Below, piece after piece: positions 1 to 13,559 of a stretch of 64,000 nt of DNA. The notes below the pieces were generated by a model. It ran no database searches, was not told the origin of the DNA, and saw nothing but the letters and a program-made list of their open reading frames with translations. The stretch is from Octopus bimaculoides. Its lineage: Eukaryota. The DNA is taken from contig NC_068987.1 in the NCBI RefSeq assembly GCF_001194135.2, forward strand, positions 72,197,159 through 72,261,158, read 5' to 3'. Position 1 is the stretch's first letter. Every line of letters begins with the position of its first letter. A program made the position numbers and the translations under genes.

Positions 1-1439
1 TTTTGTTCAGTTGAATTAATACCTTTAAGTCATGTTGGATTTTAATGTTATACAAGTAGCAATCTACTCTAATGATAACAATGACTTAAAATACTGAATC
101 CAGAAGTAAATCAGTATAGCAAAAATAGTTGTTAAGTAGCTTCACTATTTGGCTTGTGTTCCAGTTGTGGCAATTCTGTGTGTTTTGCCTTTTGTGTGTG
201 AGTATTATGTCCCAACATTTGAGGTTGAAAACATATGGTCCAAATTTTTTTTTAAAGTACATTAGGAGTTTCAAACCATCATTGACCCTGTTCTTAAATC
301 ATTTGATCACTGCCTAATCTTGACCACCTACTGCATATCCACACTGCACACTGCAACTCTTCCTGAGCTTTATAGCATTTCAGGTCAGGTAACTGGTCAG
401 ACTGCCGCCAGTTTGAAACTAACTAACCCTGACAGCTAATAGAGCAGTTCATTTCACAGATTGAGCAACAATATAGGAGCTTCTTTGTTGATCTCTATAA
501 AAACAGGTGTGAAGAAGTTACATGTGACCATTGCAAAAGATCTTATTAAGTAATCCTAGCTCTATGGAAGTGACACACACATGGAATGAATTAATTAGAA
601 TAGATTTTAAAAAGCTTAGGCCTTTCACATAATCATCATGCCTTGTGGTTCCTTCCAGCCTTTAATGTTCTGAGTTCAAATTTCACTGAGGGCAACTTTT
701 CTTTTCATGTCTCAGGATTCAATAAAATGAAGTACCAGTCATATTCTGGAACTGCTGTAATGGACTAAACCCCTCTACTCAAATTTCTGGCCTTGTACTT
801 CTGTATGAAATCATCATTACTATAGAATAGATCTTCTATAAACAATGTATTTTAAATGCCAGTCCAGCTATAAATAATGGCTCATTGCACATAGGGTTAA
901 AAAAAAAAACCTTTCAAGAGAAAAAGAGGCAGAGAGCTTCCTGTGGATCTTGAACCATGCATTTGCTGCCATCCTGACAGTCATAATACACTTAAAGTTT
1001 ATAGAAAACTTTTTTTAATATATTTCTCAAGACTTTTCTTGTTACCTTCTAAATGTAAACAAACTTGCTTTCATACATAAAGTATCTAATTTGGATGAAT
1101 GAAAATGTGAAAAGTATTTTATTTCTCAATGCTTCTAACGGTATCTCATTAAATGTGCACAATCATTAGCATTTCGTCTGTCTGCACATTCTGAGTTCAT
1201 ATTCCCCTGCAATCAACTTTGCCTCTCATCCTTTCTCAATCAATAAAATAGATACCAGTTGAACACTTGGGTTGGTGTAATTACTAGCCCCTACCCCCAA
1301 AATTTCAGACCTTGTGCCTATAATAGAAAGTCTTATCATTATTATTATTATTAAGACTCCAAGCTGGCCAAACCATTATCGAGTCATACTTGCTTGCTAG
1401 TAACAGTTATTGTTTGTTTTTTGTTTTTTTCTATTTTAG

Positions 1440-1618
1440 GAGATTATGATATTGGTGATAATTATGCTGTTGTCAGATGGTTCTGGAGACAATCAGAAAT
1501 TGGAGAATCTCTTCGCAAGAAATGTTGTCAGCAATCTGCTGCCAATGAAATATTCCTCAACAGTGCATCGTTCTTCGACACAGAAGTGGTTATCGAGACA
1601 ATTGTTGGGAAATGCAAG
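1440..1618 (+). CDS. ORC1: ORC1, first exon visible in the window (BAH domain, C-terminal part)
   Basis: ttttag acceptor and AAG|gtaata donor. Encodes DYDIGDNYAVVRWFWRQSEI...NEIFLN...DTEVVIETIVGKCK, resembling the ORC1 BAH (human VQWF...QEIF...AETIIG). Starts in phase 1, so earlier exons lie upstream of the window. Confidence 0.85.
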
Positions 1619-4110
1619 GTAATACACAACTTTTTTCTAGCAGAAACTTTAGAGCATTGGAAAAAGTATCCTGCCGTATTTTTTCCAGTTCTTTACATTC
1701 CAAGTTCAAATCTCATCAACATTAATTTTACCTTTCACCCAGAAGGATGAAAGGCAATGTTGTCTTCTTTCATTCCCATCAAGATTTCTGGACTTGTACC
1801 TATCAAAAGCATCTGACAAAATGTCTTGTGGTTTATTTTGTTATGACACTTTATGTTCTGAGTTCAAATCCCTCTGAAACCAACTTTTATCTTTTGTCCC
1901 TCAGGAGTCAATAAAATAAAGTACCAGTCAAGTACCAGGATTGATTTAACCAAATCTTCCTCAAATCACTTCCTGCCATTTAAAAAGAAAGTGGGTGGAG
2001 GTATTTATACATTAAATAATGCAATCCTTGATATCCTTTGTCTGAAAAAAAAGTTGAAATGGTCATAACTCACATGCCTTTAATTATATGTTAGCAATAT
2101 GTGTTATAACAAGGAAGGCGGCAGAATTGTTACCATGTTGGAATTCTAAGTTCAAATTCTGCTGTGGTTGACTTTGCCTTTCATCCTTCTGGAGTTAGAT
2201 AAAAAAAAAAAAAGTACCACTTATCTCGTCACTTGAAATTGCTGGTCTTGTGCCAGAATTTGAAACCAATATGTGTTATAACCTTGAATATACCGTGGAG
2301 GATGCATAAGACTGTCAGTGACAGAGAATACTGGTGGACCTGGTCAGCTCTACACATGATACTGTCTCTAGAAACACTAACCTGTGATGACCCCAGTCAC
2401 CTGAAGCCAGCAGCAAACGTGTTATAACAAGTCTTTATCAAATCTATAAAATGTATGTTATGTCAATGTTTTCAATAAATGCTAGTTTCTGTTTTTATTT
2501 CTTTTAAAATACTGTCATTTTTAGTGGCATGAGTATACCAGTATGTTAATGGAATCTGAAAGTTAAATGATGGTAGCGGTTGTGAAAAGCACTGGTGGCA
2601 GTGTCACGTAAAAACGCCTGTGTGGTGCCATGTAAAAGCACCCAACACACTGTAAAGTGGTTCACATTAAGAAGAGGGTCCAGCCGTAGACCCCCCCCCC
2701 CCAAAAAAAAAAATTTCGGACCTTGTACCTAGAGTAGAAAAGAATATTCCTTCTAATTTCCTTCTCATGGAATTCTTAGCAACTTAAAGACAACTGACAG
2801 ATTTTGAAACAACTACAACTGTGAATGTGGATGTAAAACAAAAAAAAAATTATTGAATAACAAACCAAAGTAATATTTGTTGCTAATCTGAATTCCCCCA
2901 TCCTATACACTTTTCAAGTGTACAACTTCCTATTATCACATGCTTTTGTTATCTAGAATGTTGATACCACAATAAAAAGAACTTATTGCACTCTGTAAAG
3001 TATTTGATGAACAAACCGGTGAGTGTAGAATAGCAAGGCCTCTTTAGTCTCATTGAGGACATGAGAATGTCTCAAGTGTCATGTCATGATAAAATGCACC
3101 CAGTACTCTTTAGTGGTTGGTGTTAGGAAGGCATCAGGCTGTAGAAACATCATCGTCGTCATTTAACGTCTGTTTTCCATGCTGGCACGGGTTGGGTGGT
3201 TTGACTGCGGTCTGGGGAGCCAGCAGCTGCACCAGGCTCCAATCTGATCTTGCAATGTTTCTATAGCTGGATGCCCTTCCTAACGCCAACTACTCTGAGA
3301 GTGTAGTGGGTGTTTTTTACGTGCCACCGGCATGGGAGCCAGTCAGTGGGTACTGGCATTGGCCATGTTCGGTTTGTGCTTTTTACGTGCCACCAGCATG
3401 GGAGCCAGTCAGGGGACACTGGCATCTTCTAAAATTAGATTTTATGAACAAGACATGTTCTCTTATCTATGTCGGAAGCAGTTAATTCCAAATATGAAAT
3501 GTTTCAGGTTATGACAGCCCATCCAACCCATACCAGCCTGGAAAAATGGTATAAAATGATAATAATAATCCTTTCTACTAAAAGCACAAGGCCTGAAATT
3601 TTGGAGGAGGGGAATTGTGGATTACATCAACCCTAGTATTTGTCAAAAGGTGGTTTGACACACACACACTCATATATATACAATGGGCTTCTTTCTGTTT
3701 CCACCTACCAAATCCTTTCACAAGGCTTTGGTTAGCCTGAGGTTATTGTAGAATACACTTGCTCAAAGTGCTATGCTGTGCAACTAAACCCGGAATCATG
3801 TGGTTGGGAAGCAAGCTTCTTACCACACAGCCATATCTGCACCTATACATGATCATAAAACTATAAGGTTTCTTTTACATTAGTTAATTACAATTTTCTT
3901 ACTCTGTTTTCCAGCTATCATTTGGCCAACTACCTACATACCACAGAACAGTTCAATCATGGCTGACTTGGAGTAACACAATAACATAAACCTGAAGTTT
4001 ATAACTGTGTTTCTTTGATATAATGGAATTCCATATTGCCACTATGACCTCTTCTAAATTCTATTTTCAACTTTGCTTTTCATGTACATAATTGTTTCCA
4101 TTTTCTTCAG

Positions 4111-4426
4111 GTTCAGTTTTGCTCCATGAGTGGTATAAAGAAGAATAAAAATGGGATTCCAGATCATTCATATGTGGTTGCACGGTCTTGTGATGGACGC
4201 AATATCAAGGAACTACCATCATCATTTTCCAACAACAAAAAATTTCCAGTATCTGATGATTGTTCGGATTCAGAATCAGATTCTGGTTCTGAAACTCCCA
4301 CAGAAGATTCAAATTCTGTTAGAAAATCTTCGCACCATGGCAGGAATTTAAGATCACCTAAGATGCTGCAGTCACCTGTGGTTCCACTCCAGGGAAGCAT
4401 TTTTAAGGAGAAGAAATCAAAAAGCA
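4111..4426 (+). CDS. ORC1: ORC1 exon 2 (end of BAH, start of disordered region)
   Basis: ttttcttcag acceptor, A|gttagt donor. VQFCSMSGIKK...SYVVARSCDGRNIKEL...SDSESDSGSETP. Phase 0 in, phase 1 out, matching its neighbours. Confidence 0.85.
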
Positions 4427-4663
4427 GTTAGTCTCATATTTGTTTTTGTCTCTTTTAGATTAAACAAGGGAAGGAGGTGTTGTCAGTTGAATCAACCTTC
4501 ACATATTACTGGTATACTTACATCAGCCTCAAACAGAGAAGAAAAGTCATACTCAGTATTTAATTTACAACAGAAAGAGTGAAATAAAATGTACTAAAAT
4601 ATTTAGTTAGAGCCTCTACATGCTCATCTGATCTGCTAGAAATAACTGCTAAATTTCCCTTAA

Positions 4664-4883
4664 CCATTTAGCATTTAAATCAGCCATACCCTGCCCAAAT
4701 ATTCTACCTATTTTATGTTCAGACCAGACAGATCTGGCTTCTCACGTGTACTGTACAATGTTATTCTAAATATAAACAATCACATCATTAATGTCTTGAA
4801 GCTACAAGATAATGAGTGATAGATTTAAAACAAAGTGAATAAATAAGCATTACATTTGTCTAAATAATCTGAATGCTAAAGGG
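4664..4883. mobile_element. piggyBac-like MITE, family A (220 bp)
   Basis: TTAA|CCATTTAGCATT ... AATGCTAAAGGG|TTAA. Confidence 0.8.
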
Positions 4884-5049
4884 TTAAATTAAACCTTGCT
4901 ATCTTATAAAAATGGAAAGAGACAGTTGACACTGTCGTGCCTGGAATACTTTTCATCTGGCTTAACCTAAGGCCAAGCAACAATAATAATTCATTATTCT
5001 GTTTCATTATTGTTATTGTTATTCAACTTTGTTTTGTGTCCAAACCCTA

Positions 5050-5410
5050 TTGAAGTCGGTATGCCTTGGGTTACGATGAAATAAGTATGAAGTACAAAAC
5101 TCTAATCTTCTTCGATGTAGGAACCTCTGACTTCACTGCACTTTTTGTAGTGTTCCATCCCCTAAGTAAAGGTATTCAAGACCGTTGTAATAACCCTCTT
5201 TGTCTTCAAAACAGCTGCTCGGTGAGCAACCAAAAGTCACCGAGAGTCAAGTCTGGACTATAGGGAGGGTGACAGACAGATTTGATGCCCATTTCTGTCA
5301 AGTAGTTGGTAACCAGGATGCTTGTCATTGAGCACTGAGGGAACAAATTTTGTGCATGTTCAGATCTTCATGAATAATCCTGTGTACAGTTGCCTTGTCC
5401 CACAACAGTT
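5050..5410 (-). mobile_element. Decayed mariner (DD34D-type) transposase fragment
   Basis: Minus-strand pieces TVHRIIHEDLNMHKIC, LVTNYLTEMGIKSVCHPPYSPDLTLGDFWL (HPPYSPDL motif) and MEHYKKCSEVRGSYIE, with internal deletions and frameshifts. Confidence 0.8.
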
Positions 5411-5993
5411 TTCATTCAGAAAATTGTGAATTTTCTCAATCAGCTCTTAATATTCTGATGTCCCTTTCCCTCCTACATCATTCATCATTTCTCACTTCCT
5501 CTCTACCATCCTTGAACCTCTTGTACCTGCAGAAAGATTAATCCATAAGCAGTTGGGAGCATTTCATAAGTTTTTATAGCATTTTTGCTTAGTTCAACAC
5601 AAAATTTTATTGCATAGCAAGCTTCCAAATGTCCTACCTGCATTTTGCAAATGAGTTAGCTGTGACAACCACTGTTTAGCAGCATGTGTTCAAAGTGCTG
5701 TTACAACCATCTCCTTCGATCAGGTTAGCTTATTAGATGTATAATAAGGATATACTGAAATTACAATAATCTAAGACAATTATAACTGCCTCTCCTAAAA
5801 AGTCTCAAAACTTCTGGAACTCACATCATATATTGATAGATAGATAGATAGATAGATAGATACTCACATGCATACATAGACACGTAGGTTGGTAGATGGA
5901 TAGACAGAAAGGCAAACAGACATTAATTGATTGATTTAATTAATTAGTTACTATTTTCTTTATTTCTGATTTGTTTTATTTAATCATTTGCAG

Positions 5994-6339
5994 AACTGCA
6001 AAGCAATTCAACAACATCAAGAAAATTTAAATGTTCCCAAGTAGTTGACATGCTGGATGATGATTCTGACAGCAGTTCTGATATGTCAGACATGAGTGAG
6101 AGTTCAGAAGCTTCCAGAGAAAATGGCCGTCAATTAAACGGTCAGTCAAAATCCAATACAAAATTGAATACAAATCTAGATACTCCTCCAGCTGACACAA
6201 GAAATAAAACTCCCAAGAATGATTCGTCAGCAATTAAGAACCATCATGCAGAAAAAACTCCTAAAGTAAGAAGTGTACGTCGAGGGCTGGTCGAAGAATT
6301 TGAAACAGTCAAGAGGAATCAATTTAGTCTCACTCTAAG
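5994..6339 (+). CDS. ORC1: ORC1 exon 3 (disordered region)
   Basis: atttgcag acceptor, AG|gttagt donor. Open reading LQSNSTTSRKFKCSQVVDMLDDDSDSSS...NQFSLTLR. Phase 1 in, phase 2 out. Confidence 0.85.
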
Positions 6340-8299
6340 GTTAGTTCATTTATCTTTTACCAAATATTACAGGTCTTTTAGAATTCCTCCTGGCTAACTG
6401 AGCTGGTATACTACCAATCGACTAAATTAGGTGATTATTTATATTCCATCATTGAAACTCCACCACGTTCAAGACCAAGACATGTTATTAACTTTCGCTG
6501 GTTCCATTCAGTTAGTTGTAAATAGGCACCATGAATAAGTTCAAGCTTGACTCAGGAATCAGCAGCAGTACAAAATAATAATATTAACTTTTTAGCATTC
6601 AGAGTCTTCTGAGGTTGTTGCCAGTGCTGCTGGACTGGCTCCTGTGCAGGTGCCATGTAAAAAACACCATTTTGAGTGTGGCCGTTGCCAGTACCACGTG
6701 ACTGGCCCTTGTACCGGTGGCATGTAAAAGCACCCACTACACTCTCAGAGTGGTTGGCATTAGGAAGGGCATCCAGCTGTAGAAACTCTACCAGATCAGA
6801 TTGGAGCCTGGTGCAGCCATCGAGTTCACCAGTCCTCAGTCAAGTCGTCCAACCCATGCTAGCATGGAAAGCGGGCATTGAACGATTTTGGATTAATTAT
6901 GCATTGTGCTCTTGAGCAGGACACTTTATTTCACATTGCTCCAGTCCACTCAGCTGGCAAAAATGAGTAGTACCTGTAATATGAAGAGCCAGCCTTGTCA
7001 CATTCTGTGTCACTCTGAATCTCTCTGAGAGCTACACTAAGGGTACACATGTCTGTGGAATGCTCAGCCACTTGCATTTTAATCTCATGAGCAGGCTGTT
7101 TCATTGATCGGATCAACTGGAACCCTCATGATTATAACCAACAGAGTACAAGTATAGGGTAGATGGCAGGGGCCAGTTTGGATATAATACAGGTAACATA
7201 TTTTAGCCAGTTTGAGTGCTAAATTGTAAAGTCCTTTGTTAGCCAAGTTCAAATTCTTCCATGAGTGGAGCTTGATTTTGCTAGACTGACTTGTCCTATG
7301 GGCTATGGTTCTCAGTTCAGTGGAGAATGTTGGTGGGTAGTTTGCATTAAGTAAACTAGAACTGATGTGAGCTTCTACTTTTCCTGGATTGAATAGTAAA
7401 TGTTACTATTCTGTCTTAAATTTCCTTGTGTTGGTCTCTCTTTGTGTTTCTACACTAGTTCACACACTTATCTTTTGCCCAATTTTATCTGATGTTTAGA
7501 AGATAACCAAAAGTGTTTATTGTAATACAAGCACTAGAAAGGTACTCTTCCTAAGTTTGATGCCTTCAGCATACATATACATACATGCATACACACAAAA
7601 TATGGCTGTGTGGTTAAGAAGTTAACTTTGCAACTATGTGGTCTCAAGTTTAGTCCCACTGCATAGCAGCTTGAGCAAATGCATTCTACAGTGGCCCTGA
7701 GTCAACCAAAAGTCTTGTGAGTGAATTTGATTGATAAAAACTGAAAGTAAGCCTGTTGTGTATGTATGTGTGTTGGGATGGAGGGGTGCGGTTCATGTCT
7801 TCTTGACTTGTCATTATGCACTAATTGTAAATAGGCATCACTGTCATGTAAGTGAAGCTCTTTGTTTTCAATCTCCCTTGTAAACATATCCAAACTAGGG
7901 GTAATGTTACCTTGCTTACAAACAGTTATGAGTTGATGAAGGAAGAGCATTTGGCTATAAAAGTATGCTTCAATGAATCTCATCTGACCTACACACAAGC
8001 ATGGAAAAGTGGATATTAAAATGATGGTGAAAACTATGATGATATGCAACGAAAATGTGGCATGACTATTAGTGTGCTGCTCAGAGACAATTGAAGGCTT
8101 CATCTTCCTTTCATGTCATGGTCAAATAAAGCTGTAAACATGATGATCTTAGCTCTGTGAGTTGATTTGGTAGATGGAAACTGAAAGAAGCCTGCCATGT
8201 TTATATATGTATGTTGTGTTATTGTTCCCTTGCCTTGACATCACATGATTGTTGTAAACAAGTGTCACCATCATTCAAGCAGTGTCTTTTGTTTCTAAA

Positions 8300-8620
8300 C
8301 TTTCATTACCGCCTGACTGGCACCCGTAGGATTTTCGAGCGAGATCGTTGCCAGTGCCCCTGGACTGGCTTGTGCAGGTGGCACATAAAAGACACCATTT
8401 CGAGCGTGGCCGTTGCCAGTATCGCCTGACTGGCCTTCGTGCAGGTGACACGTAAAAGCACCCACTACACTCTCTGAGTGGTTGGCGTTAGGAAGGGCAT
8501 CCAGCTGTAGAAACTCTGCCAAATTTAGATTGGAGCCTGGTGTTGCCATCCGGTTTCACCAGTCCTCAGTCAAGTCGTCCAACCCATGCTAGCATGGAAA
8601 GCGGACGTTAAACGATGATG
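8300..8620 (+). mobile_element. Young RTE-tail repeat, (TGA)n at the 3' end
   Basis: ggcgttaggaagggcatccagctgtagaaactctgcc...ccaacccatgctagcatggaaagcggacgttaaacgatgatg. Same-orientation copies at about 6605-6880, 10010-10365 and 26190-26395. Confidence 0.8.
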
Positions 8621-9227
8621 TCTGTTTATGAGGAAATATTACCTTACTCGGAAACAGGTAAGGATCAGTGGCAGGAAGGGCATCCAGCATGGAAAAGTAG
8701 GCATTAAAATGGTGATGATATATGTCATTAGTCAACCTAAGGTTTTAGTAGAAAACACATACTCAAAGTAACATGACGTGGGACTGAACCCAAAAACATG
8801 GTTGTAAGATCAACTTCTAAACCACAAAGCCATGCCTGCATCCAATATTCAATTACTTTTTCAACATCAACTAACCACTTCTCTAAATATTTGTTTTCCT
8901 CTGCCTCAACGCTTCTTCTCATATGTTTATATATTCTGTGTCTTTGTTCTCTTGCCTTCTCTTGTTTTCTCTCACTTTAGTTTCATATTTTGTGGGGGTT
9001 TTTCCCCCCATAACAACCTTATCTGATTTTGTTTCATCTGTATTTGACTAAATTCCAAACCTTTTAAGGTATGATATCATTATATAATTTGATGCTGCTG
9101 ATCTTATATTTTTGACATATATTTCCACAATTAACATTTTTCATCATCATCATCATCATCATCATTGTTGTCATCTTCATCACCATTATAATTAACATCT
9201 TTTATGTACTCTAAATTTTTTGTGTAG

Positions 9228-9852
9228 GAGGAAGGTAGCATCTGTTGATCTTGTGAATCTTTTGGATGAAGCAAGTTCTGAAGAAGATAGTTTGGATTCA
9301 GATAGTATGTCCAGTGTTAAATCAAAAGATTCAAGGCTGTCTGCAAAAGTTGCTCCTGATGAGAAAAGGAAACTTAGAGGAACTGATAAAAACAACAATA
9401 CTCCATTAAAGGTCAAAGTTGAAACCAAAACAAAGAACAACAGTGTGTCAAAGAGTAAGATAAAATCTGAAGAATTTAACAAGAAATCAGTGACTGTCAA
9501 ACATGAGACTCCATTGAAGTTACAACTTGATGACAGTACATTGCGCAAGTCTAGTCGCAAAAGAAAGTTGGTCTCAAGATACAATGGTGAGAATGAGGAG
9601 AAGAAAGCAGACAGTCTTCGAGTGAAACAAAATTTGTCCTCAAAGAAATCAAGTCAGAAAGAGAAAGTGTCCAAAAAGTCAGAATCATCTGATTTGTCTT
9701 CTGATGAATACAGCCCTTCCAGTGATTCTGAAAATGATGACACTTTTGATGATGATGATGACTTTGTGATAAGCAAAAGGACCCCACGATCTTCTGTAAA
9801 GAAAAAAATTTTGAGTGAACGAAAAACTTCCAAGTCTTCGAAAAGTAACAAG
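9228..9852 (+). CDS. ORC1: ORC1 exon 4 (625 nt, disordered region)
   Basis: ttttttgtgtag acceptor, AAG|gtaaag donor. S/K/D-rich ORF RKVASVDL...SSKSNK. Phase 2 in, phase 0 out. Confidence 0.9.
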
Positions 9853-12800
9853 GTAAAGTATTTTATGTACTGGATTTTTTTTGGTATTTTACCTTATCTT
9901 CAATACAATATATTGTTATTTTGCTTTAAAACAGAGACAAAACATTTGATTTAGGTCAGGAGGACTGAGTTCTTGGTTTTGCGTTACCAAAACATCAATT
10001 AGAAATTTGCGAAATCAGGATAGCACCTGTGCCCAGCGTCGCCTTTCTGGCACTTGTGCCCGTGACATGTGTAAGGATTTTCGAGCGAGATCGTTGCCAG
10101 TGCCCCTGGACTGGCTCTTGTGTGGGTGGCACATAAAATACGAGCGTGGCCATTGCCAGTACCGCCTAACTGGCCTTCGTGTGGGTGACACGTAAAAGCA
10201 CCCACTACACTCTCTGAGTGGTTGGCGTTAGGAAGGGCATCCAGCTGTAGAAACTCTGCCAAATCAGATTGGAGCCTGGTGTAGCCATCTGGTTTCACCA
10301 GTCTTCAATCAAATCGTCCAACCCATGCTAGCATGGAAAGCGGATGTTAAACGATGATGATGATGAAACTGGGTAGGGAAAATGGAAAAGAGTAAATCTT
10401 CGATTAAAACTTCCATTCCTTGTTTAGATTTTATTTCATGTCCTGAGAATCTCTTCCTTGTTCCCACCACCACCATCATCATCATTCTCATTTTATGTTG
10501 TTTTTTTTCATGCTTGTATGGCTTGGGTGGATCTTCTGCACAATGTTTTATCACTAGATGCAATCATCATCTCCTTTGGGAATTTCACTATTCTGCATAT
10601 TTCATCTTTTTATAGCTCCATTACCTTAATTTGTAGTTTTTATCTCCCCATTACTCATCATCATCATCATCATTGTTTAACATCTGCTTTCCATGCTGGC
10701 ATGGGTTGGACGGTTTGACTGAGGACTGGCAAGCCAGATGGCTATCTCTCATAATTCGTATTTCATATCCCCTCTCCCTATACCTCATCATATTCTCAAT
10801 TTTCATTACTTGTTATTTTATGTCTACATTACCTCCTCAAGTCTTGTCATCATTATCCTCCCCAAACTCTGCTCCAACATACTTTCATCTGACCCATGCA
10901 AGCATGGGTCAGACAAGAATATGCTGGAGCAGAACTTTCTATGGCAGGATGCTTTTCCCTCATTTATTTGGAAGTGGAGTAATAATCTTCCAGTCTGATT
11001 AACAGCAAACAACCAGAGGGATTCCTGGCTTGTCTTCAGATTAGTGACTTTGTCCAAATTTTTGCAACACTGTGGACTCTACTATAAGCACCATAGACAA
11101 AGGGACTGTATTAAAGCAAGTGTTAGATGAAGTCTACCTCCTGCGAACATCCTGTAGGCTTTATCATCATCATCATCATCATCATCGTTTAACGTCCGCT
11201 TTCCATGCTAGCATGGGTTGGACGATTTGACTGAGGACTGGTGAAACCGGATGGCAACACCAGGCTCCAATCTAATTTGGCAGAGTTTCTACAGCTGGTA
11301 TTTTCCCATTTCACTTCCAAACTAATTGATGCTTAAAATAATGGTACCCAGAGAGTGATTGCCAGCAAATGCTTCTTCCGCTAAAACCAGCCTAATCCCC
11401 ACTTGCCAATATTAGTGCCTTCTCCCATTATTAATTAGAAGAAAGTTTACTTCCATATAATTTTGTTTTTTCACCTGTGTTAAGCAAGTTCAAAGTTACC
11501 GTAATTTTATCGAACACGGCAGTTTGTTCGCTCCATTTTCGATCGTCACCATTTCCCTTTTCTGTCATAGAAGCCTTAATTTTTAACCTCTGTTGGCTTT
11601 ATGGCTGCCAGTTCNNNNNNNNNNGGGGGGGGGGGTCTATTTTTCGGTTGTTTACCCTGAGGAAACAATACTGTGGATGAGAATAATTTAAATTTAGCAT
11701 TACGTTTATCACTATAAATTTTACATTATAACAGAAGAGACAAGTCTACAGTTTTGTTTCGGTTTCTAGCCACTTCATTAGTGACCTGTGAAATAAAATG
11801 ATTTGAAACACAAACCTGGTCCGACAGTGAGGCTCCACCTTGGGAGTTCAGGGGTTTTAGAGAGTATGAAGTTATCTCTTAGTCATCACTACCCCAAAGT
11901 TTGCTATGGCTCTGAATGGTAGAACCTTTCAAGGACGGCAGTTACGAGTCATATAGCAGAAAACGGCCTTGTTGCTAAGGCATACAGGACTCAGAAGACG
12001 ACTGGCCCTTAGAACATGTGTTACACAGGCCCACAGGTATATGAACATGCTTTATCATGTGAACCAGTCTCTCTGCTTGTGGGTTAAATAGACACTGTGT
12101 CTCAAGGGTAAGCTTGAGAGAACTGTAAATAACCTGGCAGAATGCTACAAAAATCTACGAGGGATGCTTAAAAGTTCCTGGCTCATTTTAAGCATTGAAT
12201 GACAATATGAGACTTTGAGAGGTAGTTGCTCCCTCGAACGAAAATAAAATTTGGGATTTGCAGAGGATTAAAGTTGGTAACAAAAACAGGACAGTGGAGA
12301 TATACAACAAACCAAACGAAAACAAACATAGAGTGCCGTTAGGCCAGACAAGGTAAAAGTAGTGGACGCTGGAGAAATATTGTCTTTGACAAGAGGAAAG
12401 ATAGAAGAGGAGACAGATAAGAATACATGTGGTCTGTATGAAAAACTGACGGAAAAGAAAGATGATCACGTGAGGAAAAGAAAAATGGACGATGGTCATG
12501 TGTGAGCAACAAGAGAGAGTAAAGGAGAAAGAGGGTGAGAGAGAGAGCGAGAGAGATAGAAAATGGTGAAGGCGAGAAAAAAAAATTAGAGAAAGGATGA
12601 GAGAGAACAGTACAGTGTAGAGTCGCATCAAAATTATTAAGATAAACTTTCTTGGAAATGGATGCGTGGCTTTCAATCATATAATAATATAAATAAAATA
12701 TACATATATGCGTATATACATACATATATGTGCATACATACATATATATGCATATATAGGTACACCACGTCACAAAAATCATCTCTATTAAAAAATTTAC

Positions 12801-13479
12801 TGTTTGCCCATTCATAACATTTTATAAATTCTTGTTTAAGAGTTCAGATTACACAGTCAATAGAGCGACAAACAAGATGCATTGCGATATTTAGTTATAA
12901 TTGTTTTCAGTTTTAACTTTGCTGTACCTTTCATCATATCCTACTGTTCTTGTCCTCCAAATTTCTGGCCTTGTAGCTATGTTAGAAATTCTTATTGTTT
13001 TCATGATGATGATCGAGGCATTGACAGAAGAATCAGTAAAGTATTGGACAAAATGCTTTGCTGTATTTTATTACATTTCTTTACATTCTGAGTTCAAATC
13101 TTGCTGCTGTCGTTTGTTTGCTTTCAACATTTCACAGTTGATATAATAAGTACCAGTTAAATATTTAGTCCTCTTTTGAAATAAATGACTATCCCTCCCT
13201 CTTCTCCAAAAAATCTGGTCTTGTCTCTATCTTAGGAATAAGTTTTTCAACTCTCTTATATGCATGAGTATCTGTCATATGGTAGAAGTTTTGCATTCAT
13301 CCCTTATATACATCTAACTTCCTTCACCCCATGTTTATTTCATATCCACTTCATTCACCTCTCACCATTCTCCCTAGCTCTCTGTATCCACTCACTCCTA
13401 AGTGGCAGGCAATGTTACAATGTTACCCAGAAAAAGTGACATCTTGGTTAATTTTAAATGAAGCTTCTTTTGTTTACAG

Positions 13480-13559
13480 AAAATAAGAACTCCCGGTGTC
13501 CCAGAACGAGTGAAACCAATGTCTAAATCTGGTGATGTATTTGAAGTAGCTCGAGGCAG
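13480..13559 (+). CDS. ORC1: ORC1 exon 5
   Basis: tgtttacag acceptor, AG|gtatgt donor. KIRTPGVPERVKPMSKSGDVFEVARGR (human ...VLEEARLR). Confidence 0.9.

Noticed and set aside
9999-10298. Recurrent ORFs MKPDG..RLQSDLAEFLQLDALPNANHSESVVGAF (also 8295 and 23528)
   Set aside because: Antisense translations of the RTE-tail repeat, not a gene family.
12188-12815. ORFs of 158-162 aa on the minus strand
   Set aside because: Low-complexity F/L/S-rich translations of purine-rich and (TA/CA)n sequence, antisense in an ORC1 intron, with no protein motif.
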